From NCBI GenBank assembly GCA_902462295.1, contig CABQAZ010000006.1:2089-66088 (forward strand): DNA of 64,000 nt, in the 5' to 3' direction. Origin of the DNA: an uncultured Clostridium sp. (GTDB taxonomy: Bacteria; Bacillota; Clostridia; TANB77; CAG-508). Numbering within the stretch: position 1 is the stretch's first letter; each line of letters starts with the position of its first letter. Below, piece by piece: positions 9,632 to 19,052 of the stretch. The position numbers were made by a program, and so were the translations under genes. The notes below the pieces were generated by a model. It worked only from the letters and a program-made list of their open reading frames with translations. It did no database searches and was not told where the DNA came from.

Positions 9632-10348
9632 ATGAAAGAAAATAAAGGAGAAAATTTAATATGGGTTATATTTGCAATTATAGGAGCGGTGTTTACTGTA
9701 ATTGGATTAGTTGTATCTGGAAATGTTTTTAATTATAAAAATAAAGTAGAAACAACAGGAATTATTACAGAGATAACATCATATAGGGATGATTATAATG
9801 AAGATAATAATAGAAGTCACGAAGTATATGTTTCCTATACTGTTGATGGGAAAAAGTATGAATCAAAGTTAAATAGTTATTCTTTTACTTTTTATGAGGG
9901 AAAAGAAATTAACATATATTATGATAAAAATGACCCAAGTAAAATTGGAAACAAATCGTTAAATTTATTGGTATTAATGTTTCCGATTTTGGGAATGATT
10001 TTTTTGATAGTAGGAGTAAGAGGAATATTAGTAAAAGCCAAAAAGAGTAAAGATGAAAAGAACTTAAAAGAAAATGGAGAATTGATATATGCTGATTATG
10101 TTGAAACTGTTTTAAATACTTTATATGCAGTAAACGGAAAAAATCCTTATAATATTATTTGCGAATGGAATAATCCATTAGATAGTAAGAAATATATATT
10201 TAAAAGTAATAATATTTGGATAAATCCGAAAAGTATTATAGAAGAAAGAAATATAAAACAATTCCCTGTATATATTAATAGAGATAATATAGAAAAATAT
10301 GTTATTGATATAGATGTTTTAACAGAAAATATAATTGATTTAAGATAA
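9632..10348 (+). CDS. Membrane protein, DUF3592-like
   Basis: TM, beta-rich segment, TM, second beta-rich segment. Family call from memory of the architecture only. Confidence 0.5.
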   Translation: MKENKGENLIWVIFAIIGAVFTVIGLVVSGNVFNYKNKVETTGIITEITSYRDDYNEDNNRSHEVYVSYTVDGKKYESKLNSYSFTFYEGKEINIYYDKNDPSKIGNKSLNLLVLMFPILGMIFLIVGVRGILVKAKKSKDEKNLKENGELIYADYVETVLNTLYAVNGKNPYNIICEWNNPLDSKKYIFKSNNIWINPKSIIEERNIKQFPVYINRDNIEKYVIDIDVLTENIIDLR

Positions 10349-10482
10349 AAGAACAGAAATTATATTATAGAAATATGTTAAAAAATTATTATAGTATGAA
10401 CAAAATAAATATATAAAATGAACAGGCACTTTTATTTTTCTTATACATATAATTTTAGTATGAGAAAAATGGAGGTGCTTTT

Positions 10483-10860
10483 ATGTTTTCTGCACTTTGT
10501 ATTAGTGGATTCATAAATTTTTTACAAACAGCAGTATTTACAGTTGGATATATTTCAGGAGTACAGCTTTTTCCAGAACCATTGAGTGCTGAAGAAGAAC
10601 GTATATATCTTGAAAAATTAAGCACAGGTGATGAAGAAGCTCGAAATATACTTATAGAAAAAAATTTAAGATTAGTTGCTCATGTTTGTAAAAAATACAG
10701 TAATTCAAATGTAGACCAAGATGATTTAATATCTATTGGTACGATTGGACTTATTAAAGGCATTAATAGTTTTAGACCAGAAAAGGGTGCAAGACTTTCT
10801 ACATATGTTTCCAGATGTATTGATAATTTAATATTAACGTTACGGAAATATAAAAAATAA
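10483..10860 (+). CDS. sigK: Pro-sigma-K, 5' segment (spoIVCB-like); authentic coding ends at about 10827
   Basis: Pro-sequence plus regions 1.2 and 2 (FPEPLSAEEERIYL, EARNILIEKNLRLVAHVCKKY, DLISIGTIGLIKGINSF, STYVSRCIDN), then 11 unrelated codons and a stop. Confidence 0.9.
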   Translation: MFSALCISGFINFLQTAVFTVGYISGVQLFPEPLSAEEERIYLEKLSTGDEEARNILIEKNLRLVAHVCKKYSNSNVDQDDLISIGTIGLIKGINSFRPEKGARLSTYVSRCIDNLILTLRKYKK

Positions 10861-10862
10861 AC

Positions 10863-10891
10863 TTGACAAATACCCCCTGGGGGTGTAGAAT
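10863..10891 (+). promoter_or_regulatory. Promoter with CsoR-type operator
   Basis: TTGACA, 17 bp, TAGAAT. The spacer holds the GC-rich dyad ATACCCCCTGGGGGTGT typical of CsoR boxes. Confidence 0.7.
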
Positions 10892-10912
10892 AATAAATGT
10901 GGAGGTGAAAGA

Positions 10913-11215
10913 ATGGAATGTGAAAAGTGCAAAGGATGTAAGAAAACAACACATCGTTCAGAAGAAGAGAAGAAAAAAATAATAAAAAGATTAAACATTA
11001 TAGAGGGACAAGTAAGAGGAATAAAGCAAATGATAGAAGATGACAGATATTGTAGTGATGTATTAACACAAATGTCTGCAATAAATAAAGCACTAGAAAG
11101 TGTAGAAAATTCTATTTTAGAAAGTCACATTTCAAGTTGTGTTGTTCGAGAAATAAAAGACGGAAATACGGAAATAATACAAGAAGTAATGGAGTTAATT
11201 AGGAGATTACGATAA
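10913..11215 (+). CDS. csoR: Copper-sensing repressor CsoR family
   Basis: IEGQVRGIKQMIEDDRYCSDVLTQMSAINKAL with the conserved Cys and His positions. Confidence 0.85.
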   Translation: MECEKCKGCKKTTHRSEEEKKKIIKRLNIIEGQVRGIKQMIEDDRYCSDVLTQMSAINKALESVENSILESHISSCVVREIKDGNTEIIQEVMELIRRLR

Positions 11216-12125
11216 TGAATAAAATTTATATTAAAATTGAGGGAATGGTCTGTAATCATTGCTATGAAACAGTAACACAAATAATAAAAAAAGATTTCAA
11301 AGACCAGTATTATATAATTTAGGAAGATTAGTATCATATACAATTTTAGGAGGAATAATAGGTGGAATTGGAAAAATATTTAGTGTTAACTATTATATTC
11401 AAAGTGTAATAATATTAATTTCAGCAATCTTAATGATATGTATGAGTTTATCTATGTTAGGAATTATTACAATTAATAGCAAGATAAAAAGTTGCAAGAT
11501 GTTTAGAAGAGTAAAAATTAAAAATTCATTTATTATAGGAATATTAAATGGACTTATGCCATGTGGACCATTACAAGCAATGCAAATATATGCATTAAGT
11601 ACTGCTTCAATTTTTTATGGTGCAGTATCAATGTTTTTGTTTTGTCTTGGCACAATTCCACTAATGTTGTTTTTTGGAAGCTTTGTTAATTTTACAAAAG
11701 GAAAAACAAGAGTTGTTATAAACAAAATTGCATCAATTTTAATACTTATTCTTTCTATAGCAATGTTAAACAGAGCTCTGATTGGATTTGGAATAAATGT
11801 GGGAAGTATGTTAGCAGATAAATCAGAAACAAAATATATAAAAGCAGAAATAATAGATGATTATCAATATGTTGAGTTTGATTTAAATTATGATAGTTTT
11901 CAAGATATAATAGTAAAAAAAGGAATTCCTGTTAAAATGATAGTAAATGTTGATAAAAAATATTTAACAGGATGTAATAACGAAATCGTTATAAAAGAAT
12001 TTGGAATTGACCAAAAACTTCAAGTTGGTAAAAATGAAATAGAATTTCTTCCAACAAAAGATGGTGAATTTTTATATAGTTGTTGGATGAATATGATTTC
12101 TAATAATATTAAAGTAATAAATTAA
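11215..12125 (+). pseudogene. HMA-domain / TauE-SafE(DsbD_2)-like membrane protein with cupredoxin-like tail, internally deleted
   Basis: MNKIYIKIEGMVCNHCYETV (HMA start) hits a stop after 35 codons. The membrane part resumes in another frame (RLVSYTILGGIIGGIG...). Confidence 0.65.
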
Positions 12126-12140
12126 AAAAGGAGAATAGTT

Positions 12141-12347
12141 ATGAAAGAAATTAAATTAAAAATAGAGGGAATGCATTGTACAGGATGTTCAAATAGATTA
12201 GAAAAGGTACTAAATAATACTGATGGTATAGAAAAAGCTACAGTTAGTTTTGAAGAAAAACAAGCAGTAATAGAATATGATGAAAGTCAAATAGATATTG
12301 CTAAAATAAAAGAAACTATAAGTGATGCGGGTTTTAAAGGAGAATAA
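12141..12347 (+). CDS. copZ: Copper chaperone CopZ
   Basis: 68 aa HMA domain with GMHCTGCS. Confidence 0.9.
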   Translation: MKEIKLKIEGMHCTGCSNRLEKVLNNTDGIEKATVSFEEKQAVIEYDESQIDIAKIKETISDAGFKGE

Positions 12348-12349
12348 GT

Positions 12350-14545
12350 ATGAAAAAAGTATTATTGAAAATTGATGGAATGACATGTAGTGCATGTTCA
12401 TCAGGGCTAGAAAAGTTTTTAAATAAGCAAGATGGAATAGAAAATGCATCAGTCAATTTAATTATGAATAATGCAAGTATCGAATATGATGATTCAAAAT
12501 TAACTTTAGAACAAGTAGAAAAATTTATAGATAAAGCAGGATTTACAAGTTTAGGAATAGATAATTTAGAAAAAGAAGAAAAGAAAAAATCAAATGAAAA
12601 ATACAGATTAATAGGAATTTCAGTTATCTCAATATTGATATTATATATATCAATGTCACATATGGTTGGATTACCAGTGATTCCATTTTTAAATATGATG
12701 ACACATCCTATAAAATATGCAGTTTCATTATTAATATTAACAATGATAGTATTGTGGATGGGAAGAGACATTTTAAAAAATGGATATAAAAATCTTATTC
12801 ATAAAACGCCAAATATGGACACATTAGTAATGATAGGTGTTATGGCAAGTTATATATATAGTGTATATGGAACAATAAGAATTTGTAATGGAAATGCAAT
12901 GTATGTAGAAAATTTGTATTATGAATCATCAGCAATAGTAATATTTTTTATAAAAATAGGTAAATATGTAGAAAGCAAAAATAAAGACAAAACAAAAGAA
13001 GCTTTACAACAGCTAATGAGTATAACGCCAAATCATGCAATTATAATAAGAGATGGAAAAGAAGAAACAGTAACACTTGATGAAATTCAAAAAGGAGATA
13101 CTGTTATTTGTAAACCAGGAGAAAAAATTGCAGTAGATGGAGAAGTTGTAGAGGGGACAACTCATATTAATGAATCATTTATAACAGGAGAAAGTGTTCC
13201 AGTAAAAAGAGAGAAAGGCTCAAAAGTAATTGCAGGAAGTATAAATTATGAGGGAACTATAAAATACAAAGCAGAAAAAATAGGTAAAGAATCAACAGTA
13301 TCAGAAATTGTTAGACTTGTTGTAGAAGCAACAAATACAAAAGCACCTATAGCAAAGGTTGCAGATACAATAAGTGGATATTTTGTACCAACAATTATAG
13401 TAATAGCAATAATAGCATTTTTAGTATGGTTTTTAATAACTAAAAATATAGCAATAGCAATAAATATATTTGTAACAATACTAGTAGTAGCATGTCCTTG
13501 CAGTTTAGGATTAGCTACACCACTTGCAATAGTAATAGCTTCAGGAAATGCAAGTAAGAAAGGAATATTAGTAAAAACTAGTGAAGCATTAGAAAATGTA
13601 CATAAAGTAAAAACAATTTGTTTTGATAAAACAGGGACTTTAACAAAAGGTGAACTAACAATTTCTAAAATATATAATTATAGTAGTTTAAATGAAAATG
13701 AAATTATAAAATTAGTTGCAAGTATAGAAAATAAGTCAGAACATCCAATAGCAAGAGCAATTATAAATGAAGCAAAGAATAGAAAAATAGAATTAGAAGA
13801 AATATTAGAATTTAAGGCAATTCCAGGATATGGAGTGAGTGCAACTATAAACGAAAAAAAATATTTAATAGGTAACAAAAAGCTAATGTTAGAAAACAAT
13901 ATTACAATGTTACAAGAGCAAAATGAATTAGAATTAGTTTCTGATGGAAATAGTATCTTGTTTATTGCAGAAAATCAGAATTTAATTGCATTAATAGGAG
14001 TAAAAGATGTATTAAAAAAAGAAAGTAAAGATATAGTTAAAAAGTTACAAGAAAGAAATATTGAAGTTGTAATGTTAACAGGTGATAATGAAAAAACTGC
14101 AAATGCGATTGCAGAGCAAATTGGAGTAAATAAAGTAATTGCAAATGTATTACCAAAACAAAAGGCAGAAGAAATAAAAAAATTAAAAGAAAAAGGCCTT
14201 GTTATGATGTGTGGAGATGGAATAAATGATAGTGTAAGTCTTGTTACTGCTGATATTGGAGTATCAGTTTCTAGTGGTACAGATATTGCAATGGATAGTA
14301 GTAATGTTGTATTGATGAATGATAATTTAGAAAAAATAGAAGATTTACTATCTATAAGTCAAAAGACAATTAGAAATATTAAACAAAATTTATTTTGGGC
14401 ATTTTTCTACAATATTTGCATGATACCAATCGCTTGTGGTGTTTTAGAGCCACTAGGTGTTGTTATGAATCCAATGATTGCTGCTTTTGCTATGACAATT
14501 AGTAGTTTAACTGTTATTCTTAATGCTCTTAGATTGAAACGATAG
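12350..14545 (+). CDS. copA: Copper-translocating P1B-type ATPase
   Basis: GMTCSACS, TGESVPV, CPC (ACPCSLGLATP), DKTGTLT and GDGINDS motifs. Confidence 0.95.
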   Translation: MKKVLLKIDGMTCSACSSGLEKFLNKQDGIENASVNLIMNNASIEYDDSKLTLEQVEKFIDKAGFTSLGIDNLEKEEKKKSNEKYRLIGISVISILILYISMSHMVGLPVIPFLNMMTHPIKYAVSLLILTMIVLWMGRDILKNGYKNLIHKTPNMDTLVMIGVMASYIYSVYGTIRICNGNAMYVENLYYESSAIVIFFIKIGKYVESKNKDKTKEALQQLMSITPNHAIIIRDGKEETVTLDEIQKGDTVICKPGEKIAVDGEVVEGTTHINESFITGESVPVKREKGSKVIAGSINYEGTIKYKAEKIGKESTVSEIVRLVVEATNTKAPIAKVADTISGYFVPTIIVIAIIAFLVWFLITKNIAIAINIFVTILVVACPCSLGLATPLAIVIASGNASKKGILVKTSEALENVHKVKTICFDKTGTLTKGELTISKIYNYSSLNENEIIKLVASIENKSEHPIARAIINEAKNRKIELEEILEFKAIPGYGVSATINEKKYLIGNKKLMLENNITMLQEQNELELVSDGNSILFIAENQNLIALIGVKDVLKKESKDIVKKLQERNIEVVMLTGDNEKTANAIAEQIGVNKVIANVLPKQKAEEIKKLKEKGLVMMCGDGINDSVSLVTADIGVSVSSGTDIAMDSSNVVLMNDNLEKIEDLLSISQKTIRNIKQNLFWAFFYNICMIPIACGVLEPLGVVMNPMIAAFAMTISSLTVILNALRLKR

Positions 14546-14559
14546 GAGGAAATTAATTG

Positions 14560-15102
14560 ATGAAAAATAAAAATATAATAATGATAATTGCAAGTATATT
14601 AATAATAATTGCTATTATAGCGATTATAGTTAGTGGAAAAAACAAAAAAGCAACTTCTACTAACCAAACAAATTCTAATACTAATAAAAGTACAACTGAA
14701 CAGGTTAAAAAAACAAGTGAAACGGTAAAATTAACTGCTGATGATAATGGTGATGTAGTAGTAGATACAACTAATATAGGAAATACGGCTACATTTTATA
14801 ATTATGATTATAATGGAACAACAATAAAATTATTTGCGGTAAAAGCATCTGACGGAACAATAAGGATGGCATTTAATACATGTCAAGTATGCAATCCATC
14901 TCCAATGGCATATTTTAAACAAAGTGGGAAAAATTTTATATGCCAAAACTGTAAAAATTCTTTTGCAACAGATAGTATAGGAAAAGAGAGAGGAGGATGT
15001 AATCCAATTCCTATTACAACAGATGAAAGAATTGATGAAGAAAATACAATAACAATAAAAAAAGATTTTATAGAAAGTCATGCTGAGAATTTCGAGAGTT
15101 AA
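14560..15102 (+). CDS. Membrane-anchored Cys-rich protein (possibly DUF2318-like metal-binding)
   Basis: N-terminal TM plus NTCQVCNPSP...ICQNCKNSF...GGCNP. Family assignment is tentative. Confidence 0.5.
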   Translation: MKNKNIIMIIASILIIIAIIAIIVSGKNKKATSTNQTNSNTNKSTTEQVKKTSETVKLTADDNGDVVVDTTNIGNTATFYNYDYNGTTIKLFAVKASDGTIRMAFNTCQVCNPSPMAYFKQSGKNFICQNCKNSFATDSIGKERGGCNPIPITTDERIDEENTITIKKDFIESHAENFES

Positions 15103-15117
15103 AAGGTGGAATAAAAA

Positions 15118-15471
15118 ATGAATGAAAAATATATTTATTTAGACTATGCTTCAAATACACCAGTAGATAAAGAGGTTTTAGACACATTTAATGAAACAAC
15201 ATTTAGATTGTACTCAGGCTGTTGGTAAAGTGTATTAGGGACAAAGGCAACAGAATTTAAAAATAAGCTAGAAGAATATGGAATATGTGTATCTATAAAA
15301 TCTGCATGTACAGTAACAATAACACCATCAAGAATTGTATTATCAATGACACATGATAGAAAAAGGTCATTAGCATCATGGAGAATAAGCTTGAGTCATT
15401 TGGTGACAGAAGAAGAGATAAATGAATTTTTAGAGATATTTGATAAACTAGTTAGGGAGGAACAAAACTAA
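15118..15471 (+). pseudogene. Cysteine desulfurase (NifS/IscS-type) remnant with large internal deletion
   Basis: N-terminus MNEKYIYLDYASNTPVDKEVLDTFNE is joined out of frame to a C-terminal tail (EYGICVSIKSACT...ISLSHLVTEEEINEF). Confidence 0.7.
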
Positions 15472-15473
15472 AA

Positions 15474-15615
15474 TATGAAATTCAAGAAATTCTAATGCAT
15501 TTTATGGGTCCTTTCCACTATCGTGAACTCTTACCATAAAATTACATAGAATTTCTAAAATTTCTCCATGCACATTCATTATTTCATTCAAAACTTATAT
15601 TTAAAGACTTCTTGA
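15474..15615 (-). repeat. MITE-like repeat, truncated copy (left arm of a 142-bp inverted pair)
   Basis: 138 of 142 nt match the reverse complement of 18529-18670. Confidence 0.9.
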
Positions 15616-15748
15616 TGTTAATATATTAAAATCTTAATCATGTACCATTTTTATACAAAATTTGCATTTTACATAAAAAAGTGATACAATATATAACATA
15701 GAAAATTTTTTGAAACCAAAAGTATTAAGAATGACAGGAGGTAGAAAG

Positions 15749-16654
15749 ATGGATTACTATACAAGAGATGAATATTGGAAAAACAGAATAATACGGGAAT
15801 CAGATTATAAACTATATTTTTTTGATTTAAGAGGTATTTATACTTGTGCAACAGTATATGAAGTAAAAGACATGAGATTGGAAGGATTAAGTTTTTTTGG
15901 AGAACATTATTATGGTATTAACATAAGAATATATCCTCAATATGTGCAGGGGGCTATACTTGCTTTAGAAGTTGGAGATGATGTAAAAAAGTTTATAGAA
16001 TATATTGAAATGATAAAACTTTTTTATAAGGAGAATCCTATAGGAATATTTAATACCATTTATCTGATAAAAGACCAAAAATATTATTTTTTTAATAGTA
16101 ATGGTATATATTCTTGTTTGGATGAAAAGAATGTGTTAAAATCTGGAATAAGAGTAAAAGTATATACACAACATTATGATTATAAGTGTAGGGCTTTAAG
16201 TCTTAATGTGTTTGGAAAATTTTCAGGAAAAGAGTATGAACTAGATTTATTGAGAAAAGCTTTTGACAAATTGAAAATTGGTGATAAACTAGAAAAAGTA
16301 GATGAGTACTATAATGAAGCACTTAAAGAAAAGTCAAAGTTTCTTATTTCTGTAGAAAGATTTGTTACACGAATTGAAAGTCCAGATTTTGTACGTCTTC
16401 CAGAAAATTCTAAAGAAACAACATTTGATTATATTCATGTTGATGTTAATATTGTAACACAGTGGGACTCTGATAAGATAGAATTTATCAAGAGAAATTT
16501 ACAAGGAATCACTAAAATGGTTTTTAAAAGCATTGAAAACAATAGAAGATTTAAGAAATATGGAGTACCAATCAATTTCTTAAGCTTGTCTAAAGTTACA
16601 GTAAGGAGTGACTTAAATAGTTTACATTACGTATTTGAATTAAAAGAAAAGTAA
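15749..16654 (+). CDS. Hypothetical protein with internal YFF(D/N)xxGIY(T/S)C duplication
   Basis: ORF with AGGAGG RBS before ATG 15749 (track start 15710). No family recognised. Confidence 0.6.
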   Translation: MDYYTRDEYWKNRIIRESDYKLYFFDLRGIYTCATVYEVKDMRLEGLSFFGEHYYGINIRIYPQYVQGAILALEVGDDVKKFIEYIEMIKLFYKENPIGIFNTIYLIKDQKYYFFNSNGIYSCLDEKNVLKSGIRVKVYTQHYDYKCRALSLNVFGKFSGKEYELDLLRKAFDKLKIGDKLEKVDEYYNEALKEKSKFLISVERFVTRIESPDFVRLPENSKETTFDYIHVDVNIVTQWDSDKIEFIKRNLQGITKMVFKSIENNRRFKKYGVPINFLSLSKVTVRSDLNSLHYVFELKEK

Positions 16655-16657
16655 TCC

Positions 16658-16696
16658 AATGAATGGAGTCTAAAATAGGCTCCATTCATTTTTTCT
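16658..16696 (+). terminator. Rho-independent terminator
   Basis: AATGAATGGAG, 11-nt loop, CTCCATTCATT, then TTTTT. Confidence 0.85.
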
Positions 16697-16730
16697 GTTT
16701 CACAATATCTTAAAATTATAATAAAAACTA

Positions 16731-16788
16731 TTGACAAAAAATATACCTTGTAATACAATGTAAACAACAGCATAGTATTACAAGGTAT
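16731..16788 (+). promoter_or_regulatory. Promoter plus 14-bp perfect inverted repeat (likely PadR operator)
   Basis: TTGACA, 17 bp, TACAAT. ATACCTTGTAATAC (16743-16756) pairs with GTATTACAAGGTAT (16775-16788). Confidence 0.65.
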
Positions 16789-16804
16789 AAAAGGGAGGTA
16801 AGTT

Positions 16805-17143
16805 ATGAAAATTAACAAAGAATTACTAAAAGGTAGTACTGAATTAATAGTATTAAGTGTGTTAGAAAATGAAAACATGTATGGATATCAGATGATAAAA
16901 AAATTAAAAGAAAAATCTGAAGATATATTTGAATTTCAAGAAGGAACATTATACCCAATATTACATAAATTGGAAGAAAAAGGATGGATTATATCTTATT
17001 GGGATGAAATAGGAGGAAAAAAGAGAAAATATTATTCAATAACTAAAGATGGAAAAAAGAAATTGAAAGATAAAAAGGAAGAATGGCAAATATTTAGTTC
17101 GAGCATGAATAAAATAATTGGAGGTGTTTTATTTGAAAGCTAA
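16805..17143 (+). CDS. PadR family transcriptional regulator
   Basis: LKGSTELIVLSVLENENMYGYQMIKKL...GTLYPILHKLEEKGWI...RKYYSITKDGKK. Confidence 0.9.
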   Translation: MKINKELLKGSTELIVLSVLENENMYGYQMIKKLKEKSEDIFEFQEGTLYPILHKLEEKGWIISYWDEIGGKKRKYYSITKDGKKKLKDKKEEWQIFSSSMNKIIGGVLFES

Positions 17144-18509
17144 AGATTTTTTAGAAAATGTATGTAGTAATATAAAATATAAACCTGCAAGCAAACAAAT
17201 TTCAGAAGAACTAAGAACACATATAGAAGAAGCACAGGTGGAAATTATCGGTAAAGGATATTCTGAAGAAGAAGCAGAAGAGATTGCAGTTAAAAAGATG
17301 GGAAATGCAAAAGAAATAGGGAAAAAATTAAATAAGATTCATAGACCAAAGTTGGATTTAGGGATTTTAATTACTGCTATTGTTTTTAGCATATTAGATG
17401 GATGGCCAAGTATATTTTTGGGAATTGATATGTTATGGAATAAACTATATTTAGGAATCAATAATTTTATGACTGCTAAAATGATATATATAATATCTAT
17501 TTCTACAATGATATTGGCAATATGTTTATATTTTTTTGATTATAGAAAAATTTATAAGTATTCAAAAATAATATATATGTTAGCAACTATACTTAATATA
17601 GTCAGCTGTATTAGAGGTGAGAGGTATAATGGAAATATAATATGGGGATTAGAGCCTTTTACCAATGTATCAGCAACAGTTTTTTCAGTGCCACTTTATG
17701 TTATTGCTTTTTCAGGATTAGTACAAGATTATATACAAGACAAAAAGGATAATTATTTTAAATTGATTTTATTAAGTATTTTGTCAGTGATACTATCTCT
17801 AATAATAAATTTTGTTTCAGGTTTTGTACTAGCAATAGTATATATGATGATAAGTATAGTATTATTAGCAAAAAAATCTAAATACAAAAGAATTATTAGT
17901 GTGTATAGTTGTTCTATAATTGGTGTATTTTTATTAACAACAATTATATGTGTTATTCCTACCAAAATAATAAATAAACAGGAAAAATTAGAATCATCAT
18001 ATTGGTTAGGAATAGATACAATGCAAAAAGAAAAAATAGAGATAACAAGACAAGAGGTTATTCAAAATTCAAAATTATTTGGTAGTGCAGAAATAGAATT
18101 CAATCCTGAAAATATTTATGCTTTTTCAAAATGCATATTTTTAAGTGTATTATCAAAATATGGATGGGTTACTAGCATAAGTTTTGCAATAATAATAATT
18201 GGATTTGAAATTAAAATATTAATAGATGCAATAAACATAAAAGATAATTATGGGAAAACTATTATGTTGGGAATATCAATATTATATTTAACTCAAACAT
18301 TAGGAAACATAGCTATGAATTTTGGGTTTGGTGTTATTGCAGAATTTAGCTTACCATTTATTAGAGGAGGAATGACAGAAAATCTTATGAATATTATTTG
18401 TTTGTCATTAATGTTGTCGATTTATAGAAGAAAAGATATAAATTTTGAAGAGCCACAAAAGTCAAAAGTATTAGCAAAAATTGAAGATTATTTCTTTGAA
18501 AAGTGTTAA
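17133..18509 (+). CDS. Polytopic membrane protein: PadR-associated N-terminal domain plus divergent FtsW/RodA (SEDS)-like C-terminus
   Basis: Multiple TM segments and a tail LPFIRGGMTENLMNIICLSLMLSIY resembling the SEDS PF(I/V)SYGGSS motif. The start is ambiguous (17118 ATG or 17133 TTG). Confidence 0.55.
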   Translation: MKAKDFLENVCSNIKYKPASKQISEELRTHIEEAQVEIIGKGYSEEEAEEIAVKKMGNAKEIGKKLNKIHRPKLDLGILITAIVFSILDGWPSIFLGIDMLWNKLYLGINNFMTAKMIYIISISTMILAICLYFFDYRKIYKYSKIIYMLATILNIVSCIRGERYNGNIIWGLEPFTNVSATVFSVPLYVIAFSGLVQDYIQDKKDNYFKLILLSILSVILSLIINFVSGFVLAIVYMMISIVLLAKKSKYKRIISVYSCSIIGVFLLTTIICVIPTKIINKQEKLESSYWLGIDTMQKEKIEITRQEVIQNSKLFGSAEIEFNPENIYAFSKCIFLSVLSKYGWVTSISFAIIIIGFEIKILIDAINIKDNYGKTIMLGISILYLTQTLGNIAMNFGFGVIAEFSLPFIRGGMTENLMNIICLSLMLSIYRRKDINFEEPQKSKVLAKIEDYFFEKC

Positions 18510-18529
18510 TATTAGATTATTATTAGTAT

Positions 18530-18716
18530 CAAGAAGCCTTAAAATATAAGTTTTGAATGAAATAACGAATGTGCATGGAGAAATTTTAGAAATTCTATGT
18601 AATTTTATGGTAAGAGTTCACGATAGTGGAAAGGACCCATAAAATGCATTAGAATTTCTTAAATTTCATAATAAACTGAGGAATGGAATGAAAAACTTAT
18701 ATTTTAAGGCTTCTTG
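18530..18716 (+). repeat. MITE-like element, full copy (187 bp) with 25-bp terminal inverted repeats
   Basis: CAAGAAGCCTTAAAATATAAGTTTT (18530-18554) pairs with AAAACTTATATTTTAAGGCTTCTTG (18692-18716). No ORF. Confidence 0.8.
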
Positions 18717-18842
18717 TAAGTATAATAAGTAAAATGTACTATTTTATTTATTTCTATCTTGCAATTTTTGGTAAAAATTTTTTTATTAATGTAATAGTAA
18801 AAAGTACAATTAGTTAAGCATACATTGTACAGAGGTGAAAAT

Positions 18843-19007
18843 ATGTTATTAAAAATTAAAGAAACCGAAAATAAAGAAGAATTTGAAAATAAAGTAGCAC
18901 ATTTAAAAGCAATACTAATTCAAGAATATATAAATCAATTAGAAGTAAATGCAAAAACAAAAAATGAAATAAAAAAAGAAGTAATAAAAAAACTGCAAAT
19001 GACTTGA
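18843..19007 (+). CDS. Small Lys/Glu-rich protein (54 aa) immediately upstream of the recombinase
   Basis: GAGGTG RBS 5 nt before ATG 18843. No family recognised. Confidence 0.45.
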   Translation: MLLKIKETENKEEFENKVAHLKAILIQEYINQLEVNAKTKNEIKKEVIKKLQMT

Positions 19008-19052
19008 AATATATATTATTAATATTATATTAAACAAAAGGAGTTTATGCAG

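Noticed and set aside
10349-10482. Possible sigma-E/K promoter for sigK (AC-N16-CATATAAT around 10427-10452).
   Set aside because: The match to AC-N16/17-CATAnnnTA is imperfect, and such patterns are frequent in AT-rich DNA. Not reported as a feature without transcript mapping.
18781-18842. CATACATT (18819-18826) resembles a sigma-E -10 element upstream of the small ORF and skin recombinase.
   Set aside because: I could not find a matching -35 (xxATAxx) at 13-15 bp spacing. On its own the octamer is not sufficient to claim a mother-cell promoter.
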